A DNA stretch of 64,000 nucleotides from the human T2T-CHM13v2.0 reference genome, Homo sapiens, in the NCBI RefSeq assembly GCF_009914755.1, contig NC_060933.1; one strand, given 5' to 3'. Each line of letters opens with the position of its first letter. The first letter of the stretch is position 1. Shown piece by piece: positions 32,450 to 60,052 of this stretch. The translations under genes were made by a program, and so were the position numbers. The notes beneath the pieces are model-generated. The model saw only the letters and a list, made by a program, of their open reading frames with translations, was not told the DNA's origin and did no database searches.

Positions 32450-34950
32450 ACCTCCCAGACGGGGTGGTGGCCGGGCAGAGGGGCTCCTCACTTCCCAGTA
32501 GGGGCGGCCGGGCAGAGGCGCCCCTCACCTCCCGGACGGGGCGGCTGGCCGGGCAGGGGGGCTGACCCCCCCCACCTCCCTCCTGGACGGGGCGGCTGGC
32601 CGGGCGGGGGGCTGACCCCCCAACCTCCCTCCCGGACGGGGCGGCTGGCCGGGCGGGGGGCTGACCCCCCCACCTCCCTCCCGGACGGGGCGGCTGGCCG
32701 GGCAGAGGGGCTCCTCACTTCCCAGTAGGGGCGGCCGGGCAGAGGCGCCCCTCACCTCCCGGACGGGGCGGCTGGCCGGACGGGGGGCCGACCCCCCCAC
32801 CTCCCTCCCGGACGGGGCGGCTGGCCGGGCGGGGGGCCGACCCCCCCACCTCCCTCCCGGACGGGGCGGCTGGCCGGGCGGGGGGCCGACCCCCCCACCT
32901 CCCTCCCGGACGGGGCGGCTGGCCGGGCAGAGGGGCTCCTCACTTCCCAGTAGGGGCGGCCGGGCAGAGGCGCCCCTCACCTCCCGGACAGGGCGGCTGG
33001 CTGGGCGGGGGGGCTGACCCCCCCCCCACCTCCCTCCCGGACGGGGCGGCTGGCCGGGCGGGGGGCTGACCCCCCCACCTCCCTCCCGGACGGGGCGGCT
33101 GGCCGGGTAGAGGGGCTCCTCACTTCCCAGTAGGGGCGGCCGAGCAGAGGCGCCCCTCACCTCCCGGACGGGGCGGCTGGCCGGGCAGGGGGGCCGACCC
33201 CCCCCCCACCTCCCTCCCGGACAGGGCGGCTGGCCGGGCGGGGGGCCGACCCCCCCACCTCCCTCCCGGACGGGGCGGCTGGCCGGGCGGGGGGCCGACC
33301 CCCCCACCTCCCTCCCGGACAGGGCGGCTGGCCGGGCAGAGGGGCTCCTCACTTCCCAGTAGGGGCGGCCGGGCAGAGGCGCCCCTCACCTCCCGGACAG
33401 GGCGGCTGGCTGGGCGGGGGGGCTGACCCCCCCCAACCTCCCTCCCAGACGGGGCGGCTGGCCGGGCGGGGGGCTGACCCCCCCACCTCCCTCCCGGACG
33501 GGGCGGCTGGCCGGGCAGAGGGGCTCCTCACTTCCCAGTAGGGGCGGCCGGGCAGAGGCGCCCCTCACCTCCCGGACGGGGCGGCTGGCCGGGCAGGGGG
33601 GCCGACCCCCCCACCTCCCTCCCGGACGGGGCGGCTGGCCGGGCAGAGGGGCTCCTCACTTCCCAGTAGGGGCGGCCGGGCAGAGGCGCCCCTCACCTCC
33701 CAGACGGGGCGGCTGGCCGGGCGGAGGGCTGACCCCCCCACCTCCCTCCCCGACAGGGCGGCTGGCCGGGCGGGGGGCTGACCCCCCCACCTCCCTCCCG
33801 GACGGGGCGGCTGGCCGGGCAGAGGGGCTCCTCACTTCCCAGTAGGGGCGGCTGGGCAGAGGCGCCCCTCACCTCCCAGACGGGGCGGCTGGCCGGGCGG
33901 AGGGCTGACCCCCCCACCTCCCTCCCGGATGGGGCGGCTGGCCAGGCGGGGGGCTGACCCCCCTACCTCCCTACCGGACGGGGCGGCTGGCCGGGTGGGG
34001 GGGCTGACCCCCCCATCTCCCTCCCGGACGGGGTGGCTGGCCGGGCTGAGGGGCTCCTCACTTCCCAGTAGGGGCGGCCGGGCAGAGGCGCCCCTCACCT
34101 CCCAGACGGGGCGGCTGGCCGGGCGGAGGGCTGACCCCCCCACCTCCCTCCCCGACAGGGCGGCTGGCCGGGCGGGGGGCTGACCCCCCCACCTCCCTCC
34201 CGGACGGGGCGGCTGGCCGGGCAGAGGGGCTCCTCACTTCCCAGTAGGGGCGGCTGGGCAGAGGCGCCCCTCACCTCCCAGACGGGGCGGCTGGCCGGGC
34301 GGAGGGCTGACCCCCCCACCTCCCTCCCGGACGGGGCGGCTGGCCAGGCGGGGGGCTGACCCCCCTACCTCCCTACCGGACGGGGCGGCTGGCCGGGTGG
34401 GGGGGCTGACCCCCCCATCTCCCTCCCGGACGGGGTGGCTGGCCGGGCTGAGGGGCTCCTCACTTCCCAGTAGGGGCGGCCGGGCAGAGGCGCCCCTCAC
34501 CTCCCGGACGGGGCGGCTGGCCGGGCGGGGGGCTGACCCCCCCACCTCCCTCCCGGATGGCACGGCTGGCCAGGCGGGGGGCTGACCCCCCCACCTCCCT
34601 CCCGGATGGCACGGCTGGCCGGGCGGGGGGGCTGACCCCCACCTCCCTCCCGGATGGGGCGGCTGGCCGGGCGGGGGCTGACCCCCCCCCACCTCCCTCC
34701 CGGACAGGGTGGCTGCCGGGCGGAGACGCTCCTCACTTCCCAGATGGGGTGGCTGCCGGGCGGAGAGGCTCCTCACTTCTCAGACGGGGCAGCTGCCGGG
34801 CGGAGGGGCTCCTCACTTCTCAGACGGGGTGGTTGCCAGGCAGAGGGTCTCCTCACTTCTCAGACGGGGCGGCCGGGCAGAGACGCTCCTCACCTCCCAG
34901 ACGGGGTCTCGGCCGGGCAGAGGCGCTCCTCACATCCCAGATGGGGCGGC
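32450..34950 (-). repeat. SVA VNTR, ~2.5 kb of ~37-50 bp GC-rich units
   Basis: Tandem units such as CCTCCCTCCCGGACGGGGCGGCTGGCCGGGCGGGGGGCTGACCCCCCCA, interspersed with GGCAGAGGGGCTCCTCACTTCCCAGTAGGGGCGGCC. Confidence 0.95.
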
Positions 34951-35232
34951 GGGGCAGAGGCGCTCCCCACATCTCAGACGATGGGCGGCCGGGCAGAGAC
35001 GCTCCTCACTTCCTAGATGTGATGGCGGCTGGGAAGAGGCGCTCCTCACTTCCTAGATGGGATGGCGGCCGGGCGGAGACGCTCCTCACTTTCCAGACTG
35101 GGCAGCCAGGCAGAGGGGCTCCTCACATCCCAGACGATGGGCGGCCAGGCAGAGACACTCCTCACTTCCCAGACGGGGTGGCAGCCGGGCAGAGGCTGCA
35201 ATCTCGGCACTTTGGGAGGCCAAGGCAGGCGG

Positions 35233-35300
35233 CTGCTCCTTGCCCTCCGGCCCCGCGGGGCCCGTCCGCTCCTCCAGCCGCTGCCTCCCGGGCGGCGCTC
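35233..35300 (-). other. MAST2: 68-nt transduced fragment of MAST2 exon 1 forming the SVA_F1 5' end
   Basis: Reverse complement reads APPGRQRLEERTGPAGPEGKEQ, the end of MAST2 exon 1 as I recall it, joined directly to CCGCCTGCCTTGGCCTCCCAAAG of the SVA Alu-like domain. Confidence 0.9.
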
Positions 35301-35464
35301 TATCTTTTGCTTTTTACATTGCTCCAAGAAAATGCAATCAATACTAATTTGTAATTTCCTGGAAATGGTAGATAATCCATCCTGTTTGTTCCTCCAGAAG
35401 CCTCTATCCTGCTTTTACCAGGACTGTTGCCCCTCTGGCCCATGGTGCGGCTACCATCTTGGGC

Positions 35465-37297
<1,833 letters not shown>

Positions 37298-37314
37298 TCT
37301 TCTACCTCTTCTAA

Positions 37315-37710
37315 TTGGATTATTTTACTTTAGAATAGTTTAGCTGTACAGAAAAGTTGGAGTTCCCATATAGCCTACTCCCAGTTTGCCCCCATTAAAC
37401 ACATCTTATGTTAGTACAGTATATTTGTCACAACTAATGAACCAGTATTGATACATTATTATTGACTAAAGTTTATGCTTTATTCAGATGTTCTTAGCTT
37501 GTACCCAGTGTCTTTTTTTTTTTCGTTCTAGGATGCCACATTAAATTTAATCATGTCCCCATAGTTTCCACTAGGTTGTGACAATTAAGTTTTTGATGAC
37601 CATGACAGTTTTGAGGCATACCGATCAGATATTTGGTAGAATGTTCCTCGATTTGGGATTTGTCGGATGCTTTCTTCATGATTATCCTGAGGTTATGGGG
37701 TTTGGGCTAT
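37315..37710 (-). mobile_element. L1MC-type 3' end fragment
   Basis: atatttgtcacaactaatgaaccagtattgatacattattattgactaaagt pattern. Confidence 0.6.
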
Positions 37711-40700
37711 AACATGCTTAATTGTAACTAGGGTGATTCTTGTTTTCTAGTTATTTTTTAAGGGGGAAAAAAAGTTTATTTCATGGGTGTGGTATCTTCT
37801 CTTGATTTTATGAGGATATTAATTTTATAATACATATTTTTAATCTTTGATCTCTGGCACTGTCTGTTTCCTCTGTTATTTTGTCTATTTATTTGGTGTC
37901 TGTCTTTTAGTTGGTCATCTCTCAGATACCTGTGGTCTCGGGCACACAGCTGATTGGAAACTGCATGGACTCTTCAGAGTGGGTGCCTGGATGGGAGGCT
38001 GGCCTTTTCATTTCTTGAATCCCATGTTGGTGTATATAGGTTTTCTTTCTCTGGGGCTGGTTTTTCAAGAGAAGACTCCCTTGTCTTTGCCTGAGGAGTG
38101 GAGGGTGGTGTGGTGTTTGTCTGCTGCCCTCCTGTGAGGAGCAGCAGAAGTGGGGGGCCTGAAGCTTCTGAGGTTTGCCACTCAGGTTCTCTCTTCACTT
38201 TTTTGGGGGGTCTCCTTTCCCCACCCCTTCCCCCTCTGACCCTGGTGTTCTCAAGTCTAGACTTCTCTTGTTTAATGTATCCAGTGGGGGAGGGAAGGGG
38301 CCGTAGGTGTCTAGCTGTTGCACTTGCAGCCTTCAGCCAGTCCCCCCACATCTGAGTTCCCACCTTCCCCTTTCATGCAAGGTGCCTGCCACCTCCTACG
38401 ACCTCCTGAGCCTTCTGATATCCTGGGTGAAGGGAGGTTTTCCCCTCTGCAGTCCTCATGTTGTGGCATCTTTCAGTCTGTGAAATCTGTTCATACTTTT
38501 GCCCCCTCCTTGCCAAAACTGTCCCTGTTGTTTGGGTTCTTCGCTGTTTTCATTTTCGGGGGTTGGAAGGATGAGCTGTACAAGCCCTCAGTCTTTCTGC
38601 CATGTTTAACCAGAAGCCCCCTGTATTCTAAATAGTGTGTCTGTGAGTTGGATGGAATTGAATTAAGGGCCATCTGTGGGATGTGTGTGCGTGGAGATGC
38701 GTGCACAGCCCTCTTTATGTACACGGGTGTGGGAGTATTTTTGTCCGAGCACCACTCGACTGCCTTTTCCCCATGATCGAGCATGACTCTCTTTTTGTGT
38801 CAGAACCTCAAGAACTGCCATTTGCTGTGGTCGCTACAGAGCATGGTGAGGCCCAGAGGTAAGGCTGGTTTTGATGTCTGGTCATTGGCACAACCTTCTT
38901 ACACATATGGAGGGTGAACTTCTCTGTCCTTCCCTCCAGACGCCTTGAGAAAGGGAGTCCAAAGCCCCGGAGGCAGAGAGTTCAGCCAGCTGCAGGGGGT
39001 GATGGTGTCACCACCACTATCTGCTGAACTCCTCTGTGCCAAGGAGCATTGCATCAGGGTGCTGGTGGCACACCTGGGGATCATCATCTCTTCCTTCTAA
39101 AGCAGCTGTCTGTCTCCACTTTGTCACTGAGAAAACAGTAAGTGCAGGAGGTGACATTTGGCCCCTGGCCCCCTCTTCCTTCTGGAAACTTGTGTGTAGA
39201 GAGAGAGCTACTGCCTGCAAAGGGGGTTCATCCTCTATAGGGAGTGTTTGCCCCAGAGAGTGTTTACCTAGAGGTTAGGTGGGAGTTTAGATTCAGCGTT
39301 GGTTATTATTTGGGGGATGATAGAACCAATCTTGGTTTTTTTTACCCCCCTGTGTTTTTTTCTGTGAGTCTCTGTGAGGACATAGGGTTTAGGAAGGTGG
39401 GGAGGAATGCTTTCTCCTGGGCTGAAGGAAGTCACTTGCTGCCAGAGACAGGCCAGCCTGATTTGTCTTCTTCTTTTGTGCCCAGATTCCAGCTTGCTCC
39501 AGGTGACATCATTCCTACAGGGGAAAGGCTTTGGGTGTAAACAATGGCACTGCCGGGCAAGCCAGGGACAGCTGCAGCTGGCTGGGACGTGGCCTTCCTC
39601 CTCGGTGTGTGTGTGCTCAGCTCAGCCTTTCTGCCATCCTGAGTTTTCTTTAAAATTATCTTCATAGTTTTAAAAAACAAATAGCAAATCTGTTTGGAAT
39701 TAATACACAGTGTTTTATGACCCTTACTGCTGAATTCTTTTGAAATGGGAAGTCAAAACACAGTAGAACACGGGCGAGGCAGATGATTAGTATTGCAGCG
39801 TGACAGCACCTGGAATTTAAGTGGCTCATGCTGGTGAAGAGAGATCCAGGGATCTAATCTGGGAGCTGGTTTAGGGATGATACTTTTCTGTAATTTTTTT
39901 TAAGATTTACAGTTTTTCTGTATCAAGCGTATATTTCTTTTGTTACTAAAAATGTGATGGAGAAATAAATGAGCAGTACTGGGATTATCCACTTCCATAA
40001 GGCCATCTATTGTAACATCAGAGGGTGACTGCAGTGAATAGCTACGTTTATTGCCCCAAAGTGGGAAGCCTTGAAACTGGGGCAGTTTAGTGTGGTTTAA
40101 ATTAGTCACAGTAGAGTGTTTATCTCAAGAGGGTTTTCTGAGAATCTCCCTGCATCTCTGTCTTCCTGAGAATTAAAGGGGTCCACTAGCAGATCCTAAA
40201 CACCTGGGAGTTTGTCCTCATGGTGTTTGAAGGTCCGCTCTCTGTACCAGCACCCTTAAACTGTGACACTTAAACTGTGACACACCAACGTGGGGACGGG
40301 TCCCCAGTGCACAGGAGGAGGTAGAAGCACAGGTGCCTGGTCTACCCAGCACCACCCAGAGCAGCCCTGCTGGGGAACGGAGGCTTCCCTGGCTGCATAG
40401 GAGTCTGGAGAGATGAGCACTGTCAAAAGCTGATAATTGGGTGGGCTGGAGAGAGAACAAGAGCAGAACCACGGTGAGGTGACAGCCGCCATTGGTCGAG
40501 TGCCTGCTGAGGACAAGTGCTGGGTCAAGTGCGGGGGTCTTTGTTCTCTTGTTTATTCCTTACAGCAGACCTGGGAGGTGGGAGATTAACATGGTATGTT
40601 CATCTTAATCCACGAGGAAATAGACCTCAAGTCACAGTGTGGAGTGGAGGCGAGATGCAAACCCAGTGTTTCAGATTTGAGACTGCCGGGGGTGGTGTGG

Positions 40701-41319
40701 GGAGAAGGCTGGGTGGCGGCGTGGGGCCAGCATGTTGGGCCGGGGGGGTCTGGACTTGACCCTGGCGCGGTGGGGGGTGATGTGGAAGGTGTGTGAGCAG
40801 GTGCTCCCCGTGGTCTGTGTTGCTGTGTGAGCCGTGGCTCTGGTGGAGGGGACCCAGCTGACCATGTGGTTCCGGCAAGGGGCTTGCAACTAAGTGCCGG
40901 AGAACCCCCCAGTTCTCCACTGGGGGTGGGGAGTGCTTCTTGTGTCCTCACCATACGCCTCAATGCTTCTTTGTTTTTCCTTTCCTCTTATTTTAAATTT
41001 GTTGCTTCCTATATATGCTGTCTCCTTGGGGTGCGTGGTCTTCTGGGGATGGCTCATGTCTCCCATAAGGAACACTGGGTTACCAGGAACCCCACTTTCC
41101 CCACTCTGTGGTTTCCTCAAACCTTATTTTCAGGCTGTTTATTCTTGGAGAGTTTGTGCAGTGTTCTGCAGGGACCTCACCCATTTGGGCTTCTGCAGGT
41201 AGAATGCCTGGATTGTGCTATAGCTGAGCCCAGCCTTCAGCTTTCCAGATGAGCCAGTGCCTCGCTCTTAGGGAACAGAAATGTGGGCGCTTTAGGGCTC
41301 TTTGAAAGCCACCTCTGCT

Positions 41320-50157
<8,838 letters not shown>

Positions 50158-50171
50158 GGCGCTTAGTATTT

Positions 50172-50205
50172 TGAGTGAGTGAGTGAGTGAGTGAGTGAGT
50201 GAGTG
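50172..50205. repeat. (TGAG)n tetranucleotide repeat, ~8 copies
   Basis: Read directly; sits at the end of an L2-like 3' remnant (cagtgcctggcacac...cacttagtattt) split by an Alu. Confidence 0.9.
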
Positions 50206-50999
50206 AACTGATGAGGAGAGCACTAGTAGACTCATGGACACCTGTAGCACATTAGAAAGTGGCAGAGGAGGGAAGCTTCTTTCTTGGAGGGCTTTTCAAG
50301 GTTGTCTCTTCAAAGGGGCAAGTGCGGATGGCATAGCCCCCATGTGGTCTCTCCCTTGCTAGCCCTGGGGAGTTCTTGCTTTCTGTTTTCCATGTGTGTA
50401 GCTTAGAGAGCCCTTTTGTTGCCTAAGCAGATGTTTTCTCTCTGGGTACTAGTTGTTTATTTTGAAAAGTGTATATACTTGATTATTTCTGAAGGATAAT
50501 ACTCTGGCTGCCCTCCTTTGATTTGGTTTTGCTTGCCCTTGAGATGAACAGCCGTGGTGTAAGTGGGTTGTGTACCTCCCCTATTCTGCTAGCCTTATTT
50601 TCAGTGTTATACATGGATGTGTTAAAGTACTGAGCATTTATTTTTCCATCTTGAGCTGTCCTTGACTTGGAGAGGGCTCTGTTGAAGTTTACATGTCAGT
50701 GTGGTTGGTGTGCAGTAGACTCCAGCCAACTCAGAGTGAGAGGAATTAACAGCAGGTGGGGGTTGGGGGGGTACTCCACAGATCGCCTCGGGGTGTCTAC
50801 ATAAATGCCCTGTAAATGTGAATGAACAGCCTGTGGGTGGTGAGAGCAGTTTTCTAAGGACAGTCCAAAGCCATCTTCAGATCTTCAAGGAGATCCATGA
50901 TTCGTGAAGGATTCACTCCTCTGGATCAGAGGTTCTGCTGTAGTGACACTCTTTTTTTTTTTTCTCTCTCTTTTTTTTTTTTTCTTCTCTATTTCAAAG

Positions 51000-51183
<184 letters not shown>

Positions 51184-51408
51184 TGAAGGCCAGTTCCTCA
51201 AACTTTCTCCGAGTGACATATCCCAGAAACCCAGAGTCCCTCACCTGGTTAGACAGATGTGGTCCGTGCACACCAGGCTTCTGGGTGTGCATGTAGAATC
51301 ACTCTCTACTTCCTACTTGAGGTATGATTTCAGAGCCTTGAGCATCCTGACTCTTTCTGTAGTGGAATTTTCTCCATCTATTACCTTATTGAAGCTGGGG
51401 AGATATAT

Positions 51409-53000
<1,592 letters not shown>

Positions 53001-53418
53001 GTGTTATCAGCCTTTTTAGCTTTCATGGTTCTTGATATTCTAGAACTTGTTGGAAAGGTTCTTGTTGATCCTTTTCACACCCCATGAAGACTTCATGAAT
53101 GTCGAAGGGCTCCTGTTCAGTCTTGTTTTGGATCTAGGCAGAGGCTGTCCCTTTAGTCCTGTAATGAGACCAGAGCTGTCTCAACTTGCAGAGAGGTGGT
53201 TCCTCTGTAAGCTGGAGGTTCCTGGGCCTGTCTCCTCACCCATGTTGTAAAGTCTGCGAGCCTTGTCCTGCCCATCAGTGAAATGGAAGCCTTTTTACAG
53301 GTTTTAGCAGCTCCTTTGTCCCTGTAGTCTTCAGTGAAGAGCTTGTAAAGTGACTAAAGTGACACCAAACACTTGTTTGTCCCACTGCTGGTCTGCCCTT
53401 TGTTTTTTGTTGGGTTAG

Positions 53419-53703
<285 letters not shown>

Positions 53704-55883
53704 TAAACGGAGGAGGCGGGTGGTGAGTGGGAGCTGGCGCTCCAAGGGTGGTCCCGGCATCCTTCCCTGTGGCAAACTAACCCTAACCCTTTGGCTACTG
53801 CAGCGCTAGTCTTGCAGTGGCAGAATTGGAACACTGGGAGATGCAAATGAAGCTGCTTCCTCTCTGGCCCTGGTGCTTCGTATGTTTCTTTTTCCCTGCC
53901 TTCATTTTTTCTGGCTTTTAGAGCCGATGGAGCAGCACATCTGTGGACAACCTTGTCCCCAATGACCAGTTTCCCCCTGTGCCTTATTAGGAAAGGCCTC
54001 ATCACCCCAGAGGAGCTTATGCAATGACTCAGAGCCAATTCCTGTAAGAAACACTGTGGACAGAGCTGGGGCTTGAGGACTTCATTCCTGGTGATGGGTG
54101 TCCCTGTGAGCTGAGCTCTGCAGAGAATCATGCAGCTTCCCTAACCATCGGCCCAGCAGCTTCCCAGACAGAGGAGACTTCTGCTGTTGCTCTAAACAGA
54201 CCTAGTCATCAGTGAGAACAGCACAGAATCCTCCAGGATCACTGTACTGCAGCCTCCCTGGAGGCTCACCTCCTGCCAGCACAGTACTTACAGAAACCCT
54301 AGGGGGCAGAGGGTGGCATGGTGCTGTCAATCAGAGAAACAGCCCCTGTGTGGTGGGCTGAAAACACAGGGCCTGGCTGCCTGGGGCCCACTTGGTTGGC
54401 TGCACCTTTGTCTCCTGCTGCAAGTCCTCTCTGAGTGTTTAGCCAGTGCTAAGACAATTCAGGGAAGGGGATGTGTTCAGGGAGGGACAGGGCCTTGCTG
54501 AGGCTGGCAGGCAGAAATCTGCTGCTGGGGTTTGCCTGTTAAGGAATGTGAACAAAGCTGTCTGGCGGCAGCGCCCTCCTGGCCTGCATCTCTGGTGGCC
54601 TCCCTGCTGATGTAGGAAACCAGACGGTAAAAGGGACCCAGATCTCAGCCTGCCGACCCCAGCATCCTTTTCTTACAAGTCTGTGCTAGAAATGACCATG
54701 GTAGCTTTTGTAAAATTGTTGCCTGTATTTACTTCAGACAGGATGTAGAGAGTGAGCTAGTTTAGTTATTCAGCTAGATGATTATAAAGTAGTAATCAAA
54801 ATAGGGCCTTAGAAGTTATTTTTAAAACATTTCTAAGAGTTTGCTTAGGGATCATATTGATGGACAGTATAGCATGACTTTTGAAATCTACCAGCCCTAA
54901 GTGGTTTCCAGCTAGACCACTTATTAGCTTGATGGAACCTGGAGAATTGTTTGACTTCTGAGCCTCAGTGTCCCCCCCTTGAAATAGGAATGATACCTGG
55001 CTTTGCTGGTGGTTACACGGTATCCATGAGGCATTGATGGGCTAGCATAGGTCAAGTGCTTAGCCTAAACCTGGCACAGAGGAGGGGCAGATATTGGCTG
55101 CTGTCATCATTCCATTCAAATGGTACTCATTCCATTCACACCATGAGCTCTGGAACGAAATGGATATTGCACATTTTAATGGAAGGACTGAAATCCTCTG
55201 CACCACCAAAAGTTCTAGAGAGGACAAAGCATTACTCCCTCCTGTTATCCAGCCTTTACTCTGCCTTTGCGGCTCCAGTGAGGGCTAGTTGTGCTGGAGC
55301 ACATCCGCCAGGGAAGAGGTGAGGATGGAGTGTTGGTGAAGGCATAGACCCCCGTGTAGTTCTCTGCTGCCCCAGGCCACATCCTCCCACCAAGGTATCA
55401 GGTGGCAAGTGGGCCCACAACGTGGGGACTCAGTGCTTAGTTTTGGAGAACACAAAAGTGCGACTACTTGGAAGCTTCTCTTTTAGGTAGAAGGAGATGT
55501 AAGAACCCGATCAGTAGCCTTCTGTTTGTAATAATCACGAATGGTGAGTTGCCTGGGTCAGGTGAATCTTGGAAGAGGGTGTCTGTATAGAGTTTGGCTT
55601 CCATTTACAGATAAGCCACTTGTATTGGAGGAGTTCCCACCAGGGGGGTGGCTGCCCTCCTTGAATCTCGTTGAGTGAAAAGTTGCCTACTGTGACCGGA
55701 GCGCTGAGTTAGAGCAGAAACCTTCATTCGGCCATTTCTTGTTGATTTCATCACTTCACCTGTGGAGTGTAAATTCACTGACACAGCCTTTTTTTGGAGG
55801 GCAGCCTGGCAATCATTTAAACTTCAAAATATCTTTTGATCCAGCATTTCCATTTCTAAGGTCGTATGCTATGGAATTACTTA

Positions 55884-57280
<1,397 letters not shown>

Positions 57281-57447
57281 TCAGAGGACTGTCTTGTGCT
57301 AATTTTAAATGTCAGTGACTAGAACTTAAGCATGGTTTGTTTTCTTATTAGTTTTTGCCAGCATAAGAATCTACTGGGGAAAGTCGTATTTTTATTGGCC
57401 AGAGGAGGTCTGCTTCCTGTGAGCAGCTGAACAGCTGTGGCTCCTGA

Positions 57448-57663
<216 letters not shown>

Positions 57664-59863
57664 TAAATCTCTTTGTTGCTGGGGGATGGAAGGAGTTGCT
57701 ACTGAGAAGTGTGGTTGTGCATGACCTGTCTATTCCAGAGGCACACCCGATGAGTGACTTTAGAAAACCGTCATGGGAAACCGTCAAGGTCAGTGGTTAA
57801 GAAATTTAATCTGCAGCTTTTAGAAAAAGACCTCAGATACAGACTAGGATACAGGCACCTACTTTGGTTCCTCTTGATTTACCGTGAGGCAGGGTCACTC
57901 AGGCTGGACTGCAGACTAGTTCAGGGTGAAGCTCCATGGAAGCGTCACGTGAGCTCCATGGAAGCTTGGGTCACAGGAAGACAAAAAGTGGCAGGTCACA
58001 AAAAGGTTCACTGGCCAGGTGAGTTTGAAAAACAAAACGAAGCGAGCTCCTTTACTGCGGTACTTCTCAGTGCCTTTCATATGCTAATACCTAATGTGAC
58101 TCTCTGAGAAGAGGATATAATGGGCAGCAGTCCCTGAATTTATTTGTCCCAGGAAACATTTCTTTACCGAATGTCTCTAGGGACTAATGTCTCTCAGAAC
58201 ACGCTTTGGGAAATACGAAGCTACAATCCTTCATTTGTTGATATGTTTTAAGTGTTTTTCTAAGCAGAAAGTAATGATTTCACCAAGCAAGAGCTCATAA
58301 CACACTCAGTCCATCAGAGCCTGGCTACAGGTTTCCAGAGATTGGCAGGAGGATATACTTAGCCAGAACTAGAAATCTAGATGAGAAGTCTATGAATTTT
58401 TTAGAAGACTAAAAGTAGACGTAGATATCTCATATTCACCAGCTCTCTTGACAGCGGGAATGAACATATTTTGGTTTTGCTTTGCTGCATGGGCAATATA
58501 AGGTCTCAAATGTCATCCCCTCTCTGCTTTAACCATACTCAGGGAAGTCTGTGGCTTTGCCAGGGCACCCTCTCCCCACCTAACACTGAACCGTGCTTTT
58601 AAAATTAAAGACAAGAAAAGAGGTCTATAATCATGCAAGATGCCCTTTTCCTTGGCCTAAATCCACTGGGACCCATAGGCTAGTCAGAGTATTTAGAGTT
58701 GAGTTCCTTTCTGCTTCCCAGAATTTGAAAGAAAAGGAGTGAGGTGATAGAGCTGAGAGATCAGATTTGCCTCTGAAGCCTGTTCAAGATGTATGTGCTC
58801 AGACCCCACCACTGGGGCCTGTGGGTGAGGTCCTGGGCATCTATTTGAATGAATTGCTGAAGGGGAGCACTATGCCAAGGAAGGGGAACCCATCCTGGCA
58901 CTGGCACAGGGGTCACCTTATCCAGTGCTCAGTGCTTCTTTGCTGCTACCTGGTTTTCTCTCATATGTGAGGGGCAGGTAAGAAGAAGTGCCCAGTGTTG
59001 TGCGAGTTTTAGAACATCTACCAGTAAGTGGGGAAGTTTCACAAAGCAGCAGCTTTGTTTTGTGTATTTTCACCTTCAGTTAGAAGAGGAAGGCTGTGAG
59101 ATGAATGTTAGTTGAGTGGAAAAGACGGGTGAGCTTAGTGGTTAGAGACTCGAAAGGGCACTGGACATAGGCAGGCTGGAGACTGGTCCTGGTCCTGCTG
59201 TTCTGCATCTGACTCAGTCACTCTTCTCTGAGCCTCAGGGGGGGATGTGACTAGAGCCTTCTCAGGGGGTGGTGAGCATTCAGTCAGGCTGGGTGTGCTT
59301 CGCATAATGCTGACCCTGGCGAGTTTTCAGCAGAGGTGACCTCCTAGGGTTCTCAGGAGGGGAGCTGTGCCTTGTAGAGTCACGGTCACTACAGAAAGTG
59401 CTGCAGCCAGCCCACCCAGATCAAGATCTGGCATGTTGGCCTTCTTTGTTCACGTTCCTCATTAGCAGCTGCGCAGTTTTAAAGACACATGCCGGAACTG
59501 GGCCTTAGTCTTTGTCGCTGGAGCAAAATAAAGTAGCTCTCTGTGGACACGGGAGGTTCCAGAGCACCGAATGGAGAGAAACAGGTTTGGGTCCTGGCTT
59601 TGCTGTGTCACTGTCTGTGTGACTTGAAGCTGGTCACTCCCCAAATCCTGCTCCTTGTCTGTAGAGTGGGCCTGGCATTTTCTCGTCCCTGGGACCGCTG
59701 TGTGGAGTGTGCGTTACAGGGAAGGTTCAGGGCTTTGCTGCTGCTCAGAAAGTGGTGGTGGATGGATCCGTATAGGGTTTGAATCTAAGGTGCTGGCCTC
59801 TCAGCACCTTGTTGTAATAGGCTGTTATTGTACAGTGGAATAAGGGAGCTGGCCCTCTTCTGA

Positions 59864-60052
<189 letters not shown>

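Larger units (their letters stand above)
31911..35300 (-). mobile_element. SVA_F1 (MAST2-exon-1-containing SVA), 5'-truncated, antisense in PRRC2B intron 1
   Basis: On the minus strand: MAST2-derived segment (35300-35233), Alu-like region, GC-rich VNTR (~32450-34950), SINE-R (~31940-32440), AATAAA and polyA (T-run to 31936). TSD TATCTTTTGCTTTTT at 31896-31910 and 35301-35315. No CCCTCT hexamer head. Confidence 0.95.

Noticed and set aside
32450-34950. Repeat/spacer-like periodic array resembling CRISPR
   Set aside because: No unique spacers; it is the SVA VNTR in a human intron
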